64,000 nt of DNA from a virus (Duplodnaviria; Caudoviricetes): IMG/VR virus record IMGVR_UViG_3300025000_000057. One strand, given 5' to 3'. Positions 1-9,459 of the stretch are shown one piece after another. Every line of letters starts with the position of its first letter. Position 1 is the stretch's first letter. A program made the translations under genes and the position numbers. Below the pieces are notes generated by a model. That model had not been told where the DNA came from and did no database searches. It saw only the letters and a program-made list of their open reading frames with translations.

Positions 1-23
1 TCCGACTAATGTATGTATTTTTG

Positions 24-53
24 TAGACATGTATGAATGAAACATGTTACAAT
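24..53 (+). promoter_or_regulatory. SigA-type promoter candidate
   Basis: TAGACA(24-29), 18 nt, TACAAT(48-53) with extended TG; upstream of ORF 85. Confidence 0.45.
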
Positions 54-63
54 GGACATACTA
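35..63 (+). promoter_or_regulatory. SigG-type (forespore) promoter candidate
   Basis: GAATG, 17 nt, CATACTA matches B. subtilis SigG consensus GHATR-17/18-CATNNTA. Confidence 0.55.
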
Positions 64-84
64 TGTACAACGAGGTGAATATCA

Positions 85-258
85 ATGAAAAATAGGATGT
101 TGAGTCATCTTATACAGTATGGTAGTAAAGAAGAGTTGTTAGAAGTTATTTCTGAAATAACTTCTCAATTATATAAGAAAGGTCATGAAGATGGACATAC
201 GAGTGGTTTTCAAAAAGGGTATGATTTTCGGTTAAACGAAGAAAATAAACAGGAATAA
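85..258 (+). CDS. hypothetical protein (57 aa)
   Basis: ATG after GAGGTG SD; read manually (MKNRMLSHLIQYG...), below ORF-track cutoff. Confidence 0.6.
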   Translation: MKNRMLSHLIQYGSKEELLEVISEITSQLYKKGHEDGHTSGFQKGYDFRLNEENKQE

Positions 259-283
259 TCTTACACTTTAAGGAGGAATTGTT

Positions 284-748
284 ATGTCAGAAGGACAAGA
301 GCAATATTATGTACCACCCGAACCAGGACTTATACCTGAACCTGAATCTATTCCCGCAATGATGCCGGAACCCGCATCTATGCCTGAGCTGCCGCTGCAG
401 GAAACTACGCCGCAGGAAGTCGTACCCGATACTCCAGAACGAAAAGAAAAGGCTGAACGTACTCCTCCTAAGATGTCTGTAATAGGCTTAAGAGCCCGTT
501 TAAAGAACGTCATGGATCAATCCTGCAACGCTTTATCAACTATCCAAGAATTATCAATGGATGATGAGTTCAAAGGCAAAGACGGTGCTAAGGTTACAAA
601 ACAGATAACCGGACAAGTTGTATCCACTTCCATCATGATTCCGATTATGAAGATTGTCGGGGAGTATATGCAGTTCACTCCTAAAGAGATTGGTTATGTC
701 GCCAATATCATGGCAATGGTTGCATCGAGGAGTGAAGATGATGTCTAA
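284..748 (+). CDS. hypothetical protein with Pro/Glu-rich N-terminus
   Basis: AGGAGG SD; 154 aa; PEP-rich first third. Confidence 0.7.
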   Translation: MSEGQEQYYVPPEPGLIPEPESIPAMMPEPASMPELPLQETTPQEVVPDTPERKEKAERTPPKMSVIGLRARLKNVMDQSCNALSTIQELSMDDEFKGKDGAKVTKQITGQVVSTSIMIPIMKIVGEYMQFTPKEIGYVANIMAMVASRSEDDV

Positions 749-1106
749 GATACAGATAAGACTCACCGGAGCCAGAGTTCTTGTAAAGTTATTCGAACCG
801 GAAGATAAGACAGCCTCGGGCATTATTATACCTGACTCTGCCAAACAACCTACCCTTAAAGGCACAGTAGTTAGGGTTGGGCCCGGAGTTACAACAGAGA
901 TCGGAGCTTTAGTTCCACCGTGTGTTGTCCCTGGAGATGTCGTATTGCTGCAAGCTTTTACTGGCACAATGATTAAAGAAAACGGTGAAGAGTTACTATT
1001 AATTAACGACAGAGATATCTTGTGCTGTGTAGAGCTATGTACTGTCGATAATACGACTATGGTACCGGATGACAAAGCATTAGGAATCACTTATTCCGAT
1101 TCTTAA
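738..1106 (+). CDS. groES: co-chaperonin GroES (Cpn10)
   Basis: RVLVKLFEPEDKTASGIIIPDSAKQPTLKGTVVRVGPG...GDVVL...LLINDRDIL; start moved to ATG 738/741. Confidence 0.92.
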   Translation: MMSKIQIRLTGARVLVKLFEPEDKTASGIIIPDSAKQPTLKGTVVRVGPGVTTEIGALVPPCVVPGDVVLLQAFTGTMIKENGEELLLINDRDILCCVELCTVDNTTMVPDDKALGITYSDS

Positions 1107-1148
1107 TTAATTAAGGCAAGGGTATAAAGAAACCCTTGCCTTAATTAA
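1107..1148. terminator. perfect 17-bp inverted repeat, terminator-like
   Basis: TTAATTAAGGCAAGGGT / ACCCTTGCCTTAATTAA, 8-nt loop, directly after groES stop. Confidence 0.65.
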
Positions 1149-1160
1149 TCACATAGAGAG

Positions 1161-1868
1161 GTGAATATATTGAATCAAGCTACTCAAGATAGCATTTGTA
1201 TTCAGATCAATCCGTGGGAATTTAGAGAAGCGCTTAATGCTTGTTATGCCGTATTACAACACGATCCTAAGAATATCTATAATAGTATCTTATTTATGAC
1301 CCGTGGTGAATGGATATGTCTTATCGCTTCAAATGGTAAAACAAATATGATTAGTGTAGCAGTAAAAGGCTCAAACTTAAGTAAATTACCAGGTGATATA
1401 GTCTTAAATGTAATTCCACAAGAGACTTGGGAGATAGTAGAGAATGACGAACCTGTTTATATACAGTTTAAAGATAATACTATTCAATTCTCTCAGTATC
1501 GTTGGAATTACGGTTATGTAAGCAAATTATCGATAACGGATTATCCTATACGTCCAGAACATTTCCATCAACCGGTGTCGCATTTGTTTGAAGTAGATAA
1601 AAGCTCATTTTATAATGCACAGAAAGATATGTATTTAGAATCAGACCCTATGCAAAAAAGACTTATTGAAATAGGTGCTACCAGACCAATACCTGTAATC
1701 GAATATCATGGTGCTCCTACTCCGATAAAGTTTGGGCTTTCTGCAAGAGATCTCTTAAATCTTGATAAAATACCTACAGAGAAATTACACATAGGTATCG
1801 CTGGTTCAAGAATCTTAATTACCAATGAAGATAAGACTTACAAATACCTAGTCAAGGGGCTCATATAA
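1161..1868 (+). CDS. sliding-clamp (DnaN beta-clamp-like) protein, two-domain length
   Basis: N-terminal FREALNACYAVL...IYNSILF...ICLIASNG and later 'ITDYP' resemble beta-clamp domain I; only about 232 aa. Confidence 0.45.
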   Translation: MNILNQATQDSICIQINPWEFREALNACYAVLQHDPKNIYNSILFMTRGEWICLIASNGKTNMISVAVKGSNLSKLPGDIVLNVIPQETWEIVENDEPVYIQFKDNTIQFSQYRWNYGYVSKLSITDYPIRPEHFHQPVSHLFEVDKSSFYNAQKDMYLESDPMQKRLIEIGATRPIPVIEYHGAPTPIKFGLSARDLLNLDKIPTEKLHIGIAGSRILITNEDKTYKYLVKGLI

Positions 1869-1948
1869 GAGCCCTATATGGGGAAATTTTCATATATATT
1901 TGCGGCGGTTTATATTTATATGCAAAACCTCTGGGAGTGTGAAATGAG

Positions 1949-2419
1949 GTGACTTTTCAAACTCGTACTAGATTTCATTCAGCTGAATTTAGACTTATTG
2001 TAAGCCAGATGGTCTTTGATGCGTTTATAATTCGTATGAAAGAGGTTGGTTATGCCTGTAAGAGCGAGTTCAATAATCGTGTCTATTACTTCTATGAAAG
2101 AAATCCTATAGTAGAAAAAGAAGTATTCTTGCAGATATTAAAACGCACAATGGTACAGGGTGATGATTTTATAGATTATTACGAGTTTCAATCAAACTTT
2201 TATGACGATAATGATAACAGTCCCTTGTATAATATTATCGAAGCTATGTGCGAGAAATACAATGGAACAATGATTGGTCACTATGAGTCCATATACAGCA
2301 ATCGAGGTTGGGGTATTTATATCAAAGATGGAATTCGTAACCATAAAGCTGGAGAATCATTTGAAAAACCAGTAATTCTGAATATGAACACTTCAATAAG
2401 AAAGGAGAAGGATAAGTGA
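1949..2419 (+). CDS. hypothetical protein
   Basis: 156-aa ORF, co-oriented. Confidence 0.6.
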   Translation: MTFQTRTRFHSAEFRLIVSQMVFDAFIIRMKEVGYACKSEFNNRVYYFYERNPIVEKEVFLQILKRTMVQGDDFIDYYEFQSNFYDDNDNSPLYNIIEAMCEKYNGTMIGHYESIYSNRGWGIYIKDGIRNHKAGESFEKPVILNMNTSIRKEKDK

Positions 2420-2793
2420 GATGGAGAAATGAACCAGCGACATCTAAACAAATTGACTATGCCAAATCGTTGGCCAGAAAAACCGGCGGATACGATCTTG
2501 TAGATTGGTATAAATCATATACTAAAGGTGAAATGACAGATATGATTGATCATATGAAGGAGGAACTGGGTATGATTACCGATAGTAGACCGAATGTATA
2601 TCCTGATCCGACACCTCCATACCAGCCTGTATTTCCACCAGTAACACCAGCTAATCAAAATCTTACTAATTTCGTAGGTGTACTTACAGTAACATTTTCT
2701 TGTATAGATAAGGATGAAAACCATATTAAGTTAATGAATTTATTGAAAGCAAATGGTTATAAAGTACATGCTTTCGAGATAACTGAATTATAA
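2416..2793 (+). CDS. hypothetical protein
   Basis: 125-aa ORF overlapping upstream stop (GTGA). Confidence 0.6.
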   Translation: MRWRNEPATSKQIDYAKSLARKTGGYDLVDWYKSYTKGEMTDMIDHMKEELGMITDSRPNVYPDPTPPYQPVFPPVTPANQNLTNFVGVLTVTFSCIDKDENHIKLMNLLKANGYKVHAFEITEL

Positions 2794-2878
2794 GCCATTA
2801 TTAAATGGTAGGAAGGGTGATAACAAAAGATATCCAATACTAATATGAGAGATTAATATAAGGAGGTATACATTCATT

Positions 2879-3157
2879 ATGGCAGAGAGACCAGAAAACA
2901 TTTATGTTTGTCCTGATTGTGGTGGTAAGTATAAATCGCTTAAAGGAGAAATGACGCAAAAGCATTTCGGTAAGAATATTACAGTACACAACATTCCTTT
3001 TGCGATATGTATTGGTACATCCAGGACACCAGGATGCGGCAGGCCTGCAGAAATCGTTGATGCTAGAGTATCTCGACGAGTATACGAGTTGGCTAAAGAT
3101 GCTGCTAAAGATGGTAAAGAAGAACATATTTATTACAATGAACACTATACTGATTAA
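2879..3157 (+). CDS. YgiT/MqsA-type zinc-finger protein
   Basis: CPDCGG...TVHNIPFAIC...CG pattern; AGGAGG SD. Confidence 0.6.
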   Translation: MAERPENIYVCPDCGGKYKSLKGEMTQKHFGKNITVHNIPFAICIGTSRTPGCGRPAEIVDARVSRRVYELAKDAAKDGKEEHIYYNEHYTD

Positions 3158-3686
3158 AGACGATGCGACTCCCAAGGATGAACGCAGAAAATTGAAGAAG
3201 GATCTGTGGAACAAGTATAATAAAAGATGTTATATCTGTGGGAACCTTCTTCAATTAAAGGATTGTACCATAGATCATGTAGATCCACTAAGTCGTACAG
3301 GTGAAGATGTCTCTGAAAATCGTGCTTGCTGTTGTGTTGATTGTAATGAAGAAAAGGGAGATTTACGTATAGACGAATACAAAGCTCTGATTGCTTTACT
3401 AAAGGAACTTGATGATAACTATATCTTGTATAACCTACGTGATAAGGGATTTGCTTTAGGTAATAATGATATATACGTTCCAGAACTTATACTACCAGCC
3501 TATAATTTAATCGTAGATATTAAATCAGGGTTTGATGATTCGTATATCAATATACTTAAAAGGTTCCGTGCTAAGCATTTATGCTGGCATACTGTAGTAC
3601 TAAAAGAAGGAACAACTCCTGAAGAATTCATCAACACATTAACTACAGGAGGGTTTCGTAATGCAAACATATATCTCAGTTCATAA
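3138..3686 (+). CDS. HNH endonuclease with C-terminal PD-(D/E)XK-like segment
   Basis: RCYICG...TIDHVDPLSRTG...ENRACCCVDCNEEKG; start ATG 3138. Confidence 0.85.
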   Translation: MNTILIKDDATPKDERRKLKKDLWNKYNKRCYICGNLLQLKDCTIDHVDPLSRTGEDVSENRACCCVDCNEEKGDLRIDEYKALIALLKELDDNYILYNLRDKGFALGNNDIYVPELILPAYNLIVDIKSGFDDSYINILKRFRAKHLCWHTVVLKEGTTPEEFINTLTTGGFRNANIYLSS

Positions 3687-6600
3687 TCATACTGAATATT
3701 CAAAACTTGATGGTAAAAGTAACCCCTTTAAACTGGCTCAAAAGGCCAAAGAGTATGGTATGGACGCAATAGCCATGACAGATCACAGATGTATGGACGG
3801 TATGGTTCAATTCTACAAGGCCTGTACTGATAAGAAAAAAGGTGTAGGTATTAAACCTATCATAGGGTGTGAAGTAGAGGAAACAGAAGACCGTACCATC
3901 AAGAACCGAGCAGCTCGTAAAGAGAAAGGGCATAGGAATTATCATATGATACTATTGGCTCGTAATGAAAAGGGCCATAAGAATCTAATGAACATCGTAT
4001 CCGATGCTGCTGTAAATGGTTTATTCGATAGAAAAGAGCGTACTGATTTTGATTTCATCCGGGATAATAACCTGGGAGAGGGATTGTACGCAACTACGGC
4101 ATGTGTAGGCGGACGAGTATCACGATATATTCTGGAGGGTAAGATTAATGAGGCTAAAGAAGTACTCTATCAAATGATCAATCTATTTGATCAGGTTTTC
4201 TTAGAATTACAGCCTTATAATAATCCAGAACAAACGCAGGTCAATCAAGGTAAATTACAACTTGCGAAAGAGTTGAATCTACCTCTTATAATCACCTGTG
4301 ATAGCCATTATATTACTCCAGATGAAAAGGACATCCATGATACTCTTTTATGTATGCAAACCGGTACTCTTAAGACAGATCCTAAACGATTTAGGTTTTC
4401 ACCCGGATATGACGTGCATTTGTGGAGTCCTCAAGAAATGTGGGATTATGTACAGAAAAATGGTCTTCCTATAGAATGTATTACTAATACAATAGCGATT
4501 GCTAAGAATTGCAATGTAGAATTAAAGTTCGACCAGCGTATATTACCAAACGCTCCGGTGCCGGTCGGATATACTCCTGAAAGTTATCTTACTGAAATAT
4601 GTAAGTATAGAATCTGGGATTATCTTGGCAAACGTCCACACTTGGCTAACAAAACAAATGATTATTTGGCCCGGTTAGATAAGGAGCTTAATGTTATATG
4701 TAGTAAGGGGTACGCCTCTTACTTTCTAATCTTATCAGACATAGTTAGTTTCTGTAAGAGTAAGGGTATTCCAATAGGCCCGGGTCGTGGTAGTTCGGCA
4801 GCTAGTATTGTTGCAAGGTTGTTATATATCACAGACCTTGACCCTATTGAATGGGAACTCACGTTTGAGCGCTTTTTAAATCCTGAGAGAGATTCTATGC
4901 CGGATATTGATACAGACATATGCTATTTTAGACGGGCTGAGGTAATTGAGTACTGTAAGCAAAAGTATATCCATGTCGCTCAAATTGCAAACAATCTAAC
5001 ATCAAAGCTTAGGTCAACGATTCAATCTGTCTTTAGGGTTTATGATATACCTACAAAGATTGCTACCGATATAACCAAATTGGTTCCTGCAAAGATAAAT
5101 CAGATTGACACGACCTGGGAAATGATGAAAGACATTTACGATGACCCAGCTTGTGATTTAGCTAAGAAAATTGATGACCGGGAAGTTAAAACAGTTGTCG
5201 ATAACTTCAAGAAGTTAAACGAGGAGTTAGATCAACTTCCTCCTAATATCAAACGAGATATCTTATCACTTGAGGGTATTGTCAGAGGTTCCGGTATTCA
5301 TGCAGGTGGAATACTCTTATGTGATAGACCTATTGAAGAATTTGCACCTTTGACAGCCGGTTCTAAGACAGCAATCTTACCTGTCTGTAGTCTTAATATG
5401 AAAGGTGTAGACGAGATTGGACTCCTTAAGGTTGACCTTTTAGGCAGCCGGAGTATTACAGTTATCGATCAAGCTTCTCGTGATATAGGGATAGACTGGG
5501 ATACTATAGATTTGACCGATGCTAAAGTGTGGAAGGGTTTCCAAGACGGACACTATCATGCAATCTTTCAGATGCAGGGCGGCGGGATGACTAAGACCGG
5601 TAAAGAATTGAAATTAGAGTGTTTTGATGACCTGATTAACCTATTGGCTCTGTTCCGTCCCGGCCCGCTAAAGGGAATTATCGATCCGCAAGCTGGTACC
5701 ACCATGGTACAGCAGTATACAATAAATAGGTACGACCCTAGTAAGATTGCTTATGAGCATCCAGATCTAGCACCAATCCTTAGTGCTACTAAGGGTATGT
5801 TAATCTTCCAAGAGCAACTCATGATTATAGTCCAGAAGTTCGCAGGCTATTCACTCGGCGGCGCGGATACCTGGCGCCGAGCTGTTGGTAAGAAAGATGA
5901 CAAATTGCTACAATCCTTAAGAGATGAGTTTATTAATGGTAGTTTTGAAAACACCGTAGACGCAAACGGTAAAGAGATAAAAGATGCGAATGGGAATCCG
6001 GTACCGGTTGTAGATCCATCGACAGGGTACCCAAAGATTAAGGTTCCTGGATGTGTTCGTAATGGTTACTCACCACAACTTGCTGATTACCTCTTTAAAC
6101 TAATGGAGTTTTTCTCCGGTTATGGTTTTAATAAGGCTCACAGTGCTGTTTATGCTCTAAATGCTTACCGGACTATGTACCTTAAGATATATCATGCCGT
6201 AGAATTAATGAGAGCTGCTCTATCTAGTGAATCTGATTCGCTAGAGAAAGTAACTGAGAACTTAAAAGAGTGTAAACGTCTTGGTATTAAGATATTACCG
6301 CCGGATATCAATAAATCCGATCTTAACTTTACAATAGAGGAAAATGACCAGGGGCTTAAGTGTATCAGATACGGATTATCAGCAGTAAAGATGATTGGTG
6401 AAGGACATGTTGCTAAGATAAAGGCTACCCGCCCATTTAACTTACTATCTACGTTTGCAAGTGTCGTACCTGGTAAAGGTTTCGACCGTCGCCATGTTTG
6501 TTTTCTCATTATGGCTGGAGCTTTCGATCAGTTCGATACTAATCGTTATAAACTATTGAACGAATATAACTTCGGTATCAGAAACTTTAAAGAAGCTGCC

Positions 6601-7428
6601 GTCTGTAAATACGGTGATAAATTACCTGATAAAGTAGAATCCGACCAGGCTGTACGATATATCGAGTCTACTTGGGATCGTGCTGCTGCCTTTGAATGGG
6701 AGAAAGAATTACTCGGCTCATATGTTACCGGCCACCCATACGAAAACTTACCTTATACGAAATGGGAATTTGTCGGTGATGGAGCTCCTGTAGAATACGG
6801 TGGTAGAATTACAAGGGTAAATAAGATTATCACTAAGACAAAACAAGAAGAGATGGCTTTTTTTACCCTAGAGACAGCATATGATATGCGAGACGTTACA
6901 GTATTTCCAAACGTGTGGGCCAAAGATAGTAAGAAAATCAGTGAAGGTAAATTAGTCATAGTTAGGGGTACGAAAGATTATAGTAATAATTGCGTAAAAG
7001 CTACCGAGGTTGTTGGTGCAACAAAGAGTGCATTAACCAAGGCGGCTAAGCAAACAAATAAAGTACCCATAAAGATGCCAACTATAGATCCGGATGAATT
7101 TCCTGAGACACCTATACCAGCTGATGTAAGGTTATATTCCGACGTAGATGTATGGTCGTCTGAACTACTGACCGTACCCGTACCTCCAGATTACGATCTT
7201 CAAGAACCTGGAGAGTACTATTACGAACTTCCGGAATCAAATATACCAGAGCCTATAGACGTGCCGGTACCTTTAGAATTACCAGAATTACCGGAGTATA
7301 ATACAGTAAACGTTGTGCAACAAGTAGTACCGGACATATTATTAATACAGCCTGTATTTGAATCATATATACCACAAGACCCGGATGAAGAGTTATTACA
7401 ACAGCAACTGTTTGATATGTATAGTTAG
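3661..7428 (+). CDS. dnaE: DNA polymerase III alpha subunit (DnaE-type)
   Basis: PHP HNHTEYSKLDG, GPGRGSSAAS, FERFLNPERDSMPDIDTD, YGFNKAHS, OB fold; acidic Pro-rich tail. Confidence 0.97.
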   Translation: MQTYISVHNHTEYSKLDGKSNPFKLAQKAKEYGMDAIAMTDHRCMDGMVQFYKACTDKKKGVGIKPIIGCEVEETEDRTIKNRAARKEKGHRNYHMILLARNEKGHKNLMNIVSDAAVNGLFDRKERTDFDFIRDNNLGEGLYATTACVGGRVSRYILEGKINEAKEVLYQMINLFDQVFLELQPYNNPEQTQVNQGKLQLAKELNLPLIITCDSHYITPDEKDIHDTLLCMQTGTLKTDPKRFRFSPGYDVHLWSPQEMWDYVQKNGLPIECITNTIAIAKNCNVELKFDQRILPNAPVPVGYTPESYLTEICKYRIWDYLGKRPHLANKTNDYLARLDKELNVICSKGYASYFLILSDIVSFCKSKGIPIGPGRGSSAASIVARLLYITDLDPIEWELTFERFLNPERDSMPDIDTDICYFRRAEVIEYCKQKYIHVAQIANNLTSKLRSTIQSVFRVYDIPTKIATDITKLVPAKINQIDTTWEMMKDIYDDPACDLAKKIDDREVKTVVDNFKKLNEELDQLPPNIKRDILSLEGIVRGSGIHAGGILLCDRPIEEFAPLTAGSKTAILPVCSLNMKGVDEIGLLKVDLLGSRSITVIDQASRDIGIDWDTIDLTDAKVWKGFQDGHYHAIFQMQGGGMTKTGKELKLECFDDLINLLALFRPGPLKGIIDPQAGTTMVQQYTINRYDPSKIAYEHPDLAPILSATKGMLIFQEQLMIIVQKFAGYSLGGADTWRRAVGKKDDKLLQSLRDEFINGSFENTVDANGKEIKDANGNPVPVVDPSTGYPKIKVPGCVRNGYSPQLADYLFKLMEFFSGYGFNKAHSAVYALNAYRTMYLKIYHAVELMRAALSSESDSLEKVTENLKECKRLGIKILPPDINKSDLNFTIEENDQGLKCIRYGLSAVKMIGEGHVAKIKATRPFNLLSTFASVVPGKGFDRRHVCFLIMAGAFDQFDTNRYKLLNEYNFGIRNFKEAAVCKYGDKLPDKVESDQAVRYIESTWDRAAAFEWEKELLGSYVTGHPYENLPYTKWEFVGDGAPVEYGGRITRVNKIITKTKQEEMAFFTLETAYDMRDVTVFPNVWAKDSKKISEGKLVIVRGTKDYSNNCVKATEVVGATKSALTKAAKQTNKVPIKMPTIDPDEFPETPIPADVRLYSDVDVWSSELLTVPVPPDYDLQEPGEYYYELPESNIPEPIDVPVPLELPELPEYNTVNVVQQVVPDILLIQPVFESYIPQDPDEELLQQQLFDMYS

Positions 7429-7429
7429 T

Positions 7430-7469
7430 TTACTAAGTCCGGCCTTGATAAAAAGGCCGGACTTAGTAA
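7430..7469. terminator. perfect 17-bp inverted repeat, terminator-like
   Basis: TTACTAAGTCCGGCCTT / AAGGCCGGACTTAGTAA, 6-nt loop, right after dnaE stop. Confidence 0.7.
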
Positions 7470-7506
7470 TATAAATACTCAGTTAAAGTATCTTAGGAGG
7501 GATTAA

Positions 7507-7938
7507 ATGTCTTATGCATATGGCTTAAATGGTAATGATATTGACTGGGAAGCTATTGAAAGTATGGCTGGTATTTATGAATATTGCATGGAATGTGATA
7601 AAGCCATACATGCTATCAAACAGTCTGTTAAGGATGTTCTGAACTCAAGTAATCATAAGTTCGATGATGAATCCATAGAACAGATTCTTGACCTGGTAGA
7701 AGAAAGATTTACTTTTGATAATGAATGCGAAGGTCATAGGCGTTGTTACTATTACCATTCTGGTTCTAGTTTTACGATAGCTCATATTATTGCGGCCGGT
7801 GGTATTCAGAAACTAGCCATGTGGGGTATTATCCATGATACCAATGGTAATTTTGTTAGCACCTTTGGTAAGGTACCTGATAAAATATTCACAACTGATT
7901 ATCTGGAAGAAAGAGATGAAGCTAATGAATGGTTTTAG
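7507..7938 (+). CDS. hypothetical protein
   Basis: AGGAGG SD, 143 aa. Confidence 0.7.
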   Translation: MSYAYGLNGNDIDWEAIESMAGIYEYCMECDKAIHAIKQSVKDVLNSSNHKFDDESIEQILDLVEERFTFDNECEGHRRCYYYHSGSSFTIAHIIAAGGIQKLAMWGIIHDTNGNFVSTFGKVPDKIFTTDYLEERDEANEWF

Positions 7939-8554
7939 AGCTTGGGATGTGAAAGAGAAACTTTGGATACCGGAAGAACTTGTTGCTATAGATGGTGATG
8001 GAAAGATCTATACCAGAGAAAATGAGTATGAAGATTGGATGGAAGAGGTTATCCCCATTACAATAGTTCGTCCTACTGGGTTGGAAGATATGTCTCGTCG
8101 TTCTATAGATGAGTATACAGCCCTATGCTATGAAGATACTGTGTGTATAGTTAAATGGTCTAACGAACTTGCCTGCTTTATTGTTATACTTCCCGATGGA
8201 AGTGATGAATTCCTTAATAGGATTCATGACAAAGCGTACATTATGAGCAGTATATTTGATAGACCGGAATTAATGACTCCTACTCAGAGGGAGAGGGTTA
8301 TGGGTACTAAGAACTTTAATGAAATACTATCAAAGATACCTGAAGCTGTTAAGAAAGAGATAGAACCTTACGGGATTAAGATAACCGGTTACGGTAGTCG
8401 TAGAAATAAACTGATAAGTATATCTACTGATTACTTTCCTCTCGAAGGTAATAAAAAGATGATTGAAGACCTATTATCTAAGGGATGGATAAGAAAACAT
8501 GGCTGTACTAGTAACAGTAAGAGATATCTGCGGATGACCAAGAATCTTATATAA
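7916..8554 (+). CDS. YopX-family phage protein
   Basis: FRAWDVKEKLW...PTGLEDMSRRSIDE...IVKWSNELACF matches the YopX pattern. Confidence 0.65.
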   Translation: MKLMNGFRAWDVKEKLWIPEELVAIDGDGKIYTRENEYEDWMEEVIPITIVRPTGLEDMSRRSIDEYTALCYEDTVCIVKWSNELACFIVILPDGSDEFLNRIHDKAYIMSSIFDRPELMTPTQRERVMGTKNFNEILSKIPEAVKKEIEPYGIKITGYGSRRNKLISISTDYFPLEGNKKMIEDLLSKGWIRKHGCTSNSKRYLRMTKNLI

Positions 8555-8558
8555 CCAT

Positions 8559-8588
8559 GTATAATGTGACATGTAACTGGTAACACTA
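8559..8588 (+). promoter_or_regulatory. SigF-type (forespore) promoter candidate
   Basis: GTATA, 15 nt, GGTAACACTA is an exact match to GYWTA-15-GGnrAnAnTw; spacer holds ATGTGACAT palindrome. Confidence 0.6.
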
Positions 8589-8606
8589 TAAATAAGGGGT
8601 GATGAG

Positions 8607-8810
8607 ATGAGGACATGTCGGAATTGTGGTAATACAAAAACATTTATAGCTGATGCAGTAAGTCGTAGCACTGTAATTGTAAACAGTAATGGAGAGTTTA
8701 TAGACTGGGTAAATACAGGTACCGAATTACCTAAGATTGAGGTTCCATATGCTTGTGGTGAATGTCAAAGTACAGATATTTACGATCCGGACGATCCTGT
8801 TCCGTTCTGA
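8607..8810 (+). CDS. small zinc-ribbon protein
   Basis: CRNC...CGEC; GGGGTG SD. Confidence 0.65.
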   Translation: MRTCRNCGNTKTFIADAVSRSTVIVNSNGEFIDWVNTGTELPKIEVPYACGECQSTDIYDPDDPVPF

Positions 8811-8858
8811 AAATGTTTCCGTTTTAATTATTGTGGTAGAAAACACTACCGATAGGAG

Positions 8859-9371
8859 GTGATAAATAGAATGAGAGTCGTAATAGAAATTAATCTTCCC
8901 GAAGAAAAGAATGAGTATTGCGACCTATTCAGTGAGAAACCCGTTACAGATTTTGCGAATCTAATATGTGCTCATATAAAGGTCAGCCTCGCTCGGGTAG
9001 GTGCTAGTTCATACGAGGTTAAGGAATATGAAGATGTACTTGAAAGCAACATCTCTAATATCTATAACGTCTTTGATGATGCTGGTGTAGATTGTAGACT
9101 AACAAAGATACAGGTTAAACGATTAGCTCGTAGCTTGGTTGGTAAGATTGATTATAGCTCTATAAATGAGCAAATTAGAAACTTCGTTGAAGATCGGCAT
9201 CCTGGTATCTTTGAGGAAAAATACATCATTAAATCCGATGATGGGTTTTGGAATAATGATGAAGGCTGGGTGGATGATATTAAACAAGCTACAATCTTCG
9301 ATGATGAGTTTAATTACGATTTAGTCATTGGTAATAATGTTCACTGGGTTAAGTTATCTACAATTGAATAA
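8859..9371 (+). CDS. hypothetical protein
   Basis: 170-aa ORF, GGAGG SD. Confidence 0.65.
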   Translation: MINRMRVVIEINLPEEKNEYCDLFSEKPVTDFANLICAHIKVSLARVGASSYEVKEYEDVLESNISNIYNVFDDAGVDCRLTKIQVKRLARSLVGKIDYSSINEQIRNFVEDRHPGIFEEKYIIKSDDGFWNNDEGWVDDIKQATIFDDEFNYDLVIGNNVHWVKLSTIE

Positions 9372-9386
9372 GGAACGGATGTTCGT

Positions 9387-9416
9387 GTATAATGTAGCAT
9401 GTAATTGACAACAGTA
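9387..9416 (+). promoter_or_regulatory. SigF-type promoter candidate upstream of ssb
   Basis: GTATA, 15 nt (ATGTAGCATGTAATT), GACAACAGTA. Confidence 0.5.
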
Positions 9417-9434
9417 CATACTACATAGTATAAT
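9405..9434 (+). promoter_or_regulatory. SigA promoter upstream of ssb
   Basis: TTGACA, 18 nt, TATAAT. Confidence 0.7.
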
Positions 9435-9459
9435 TAATATATCGAAGGAGGAATTTCCA

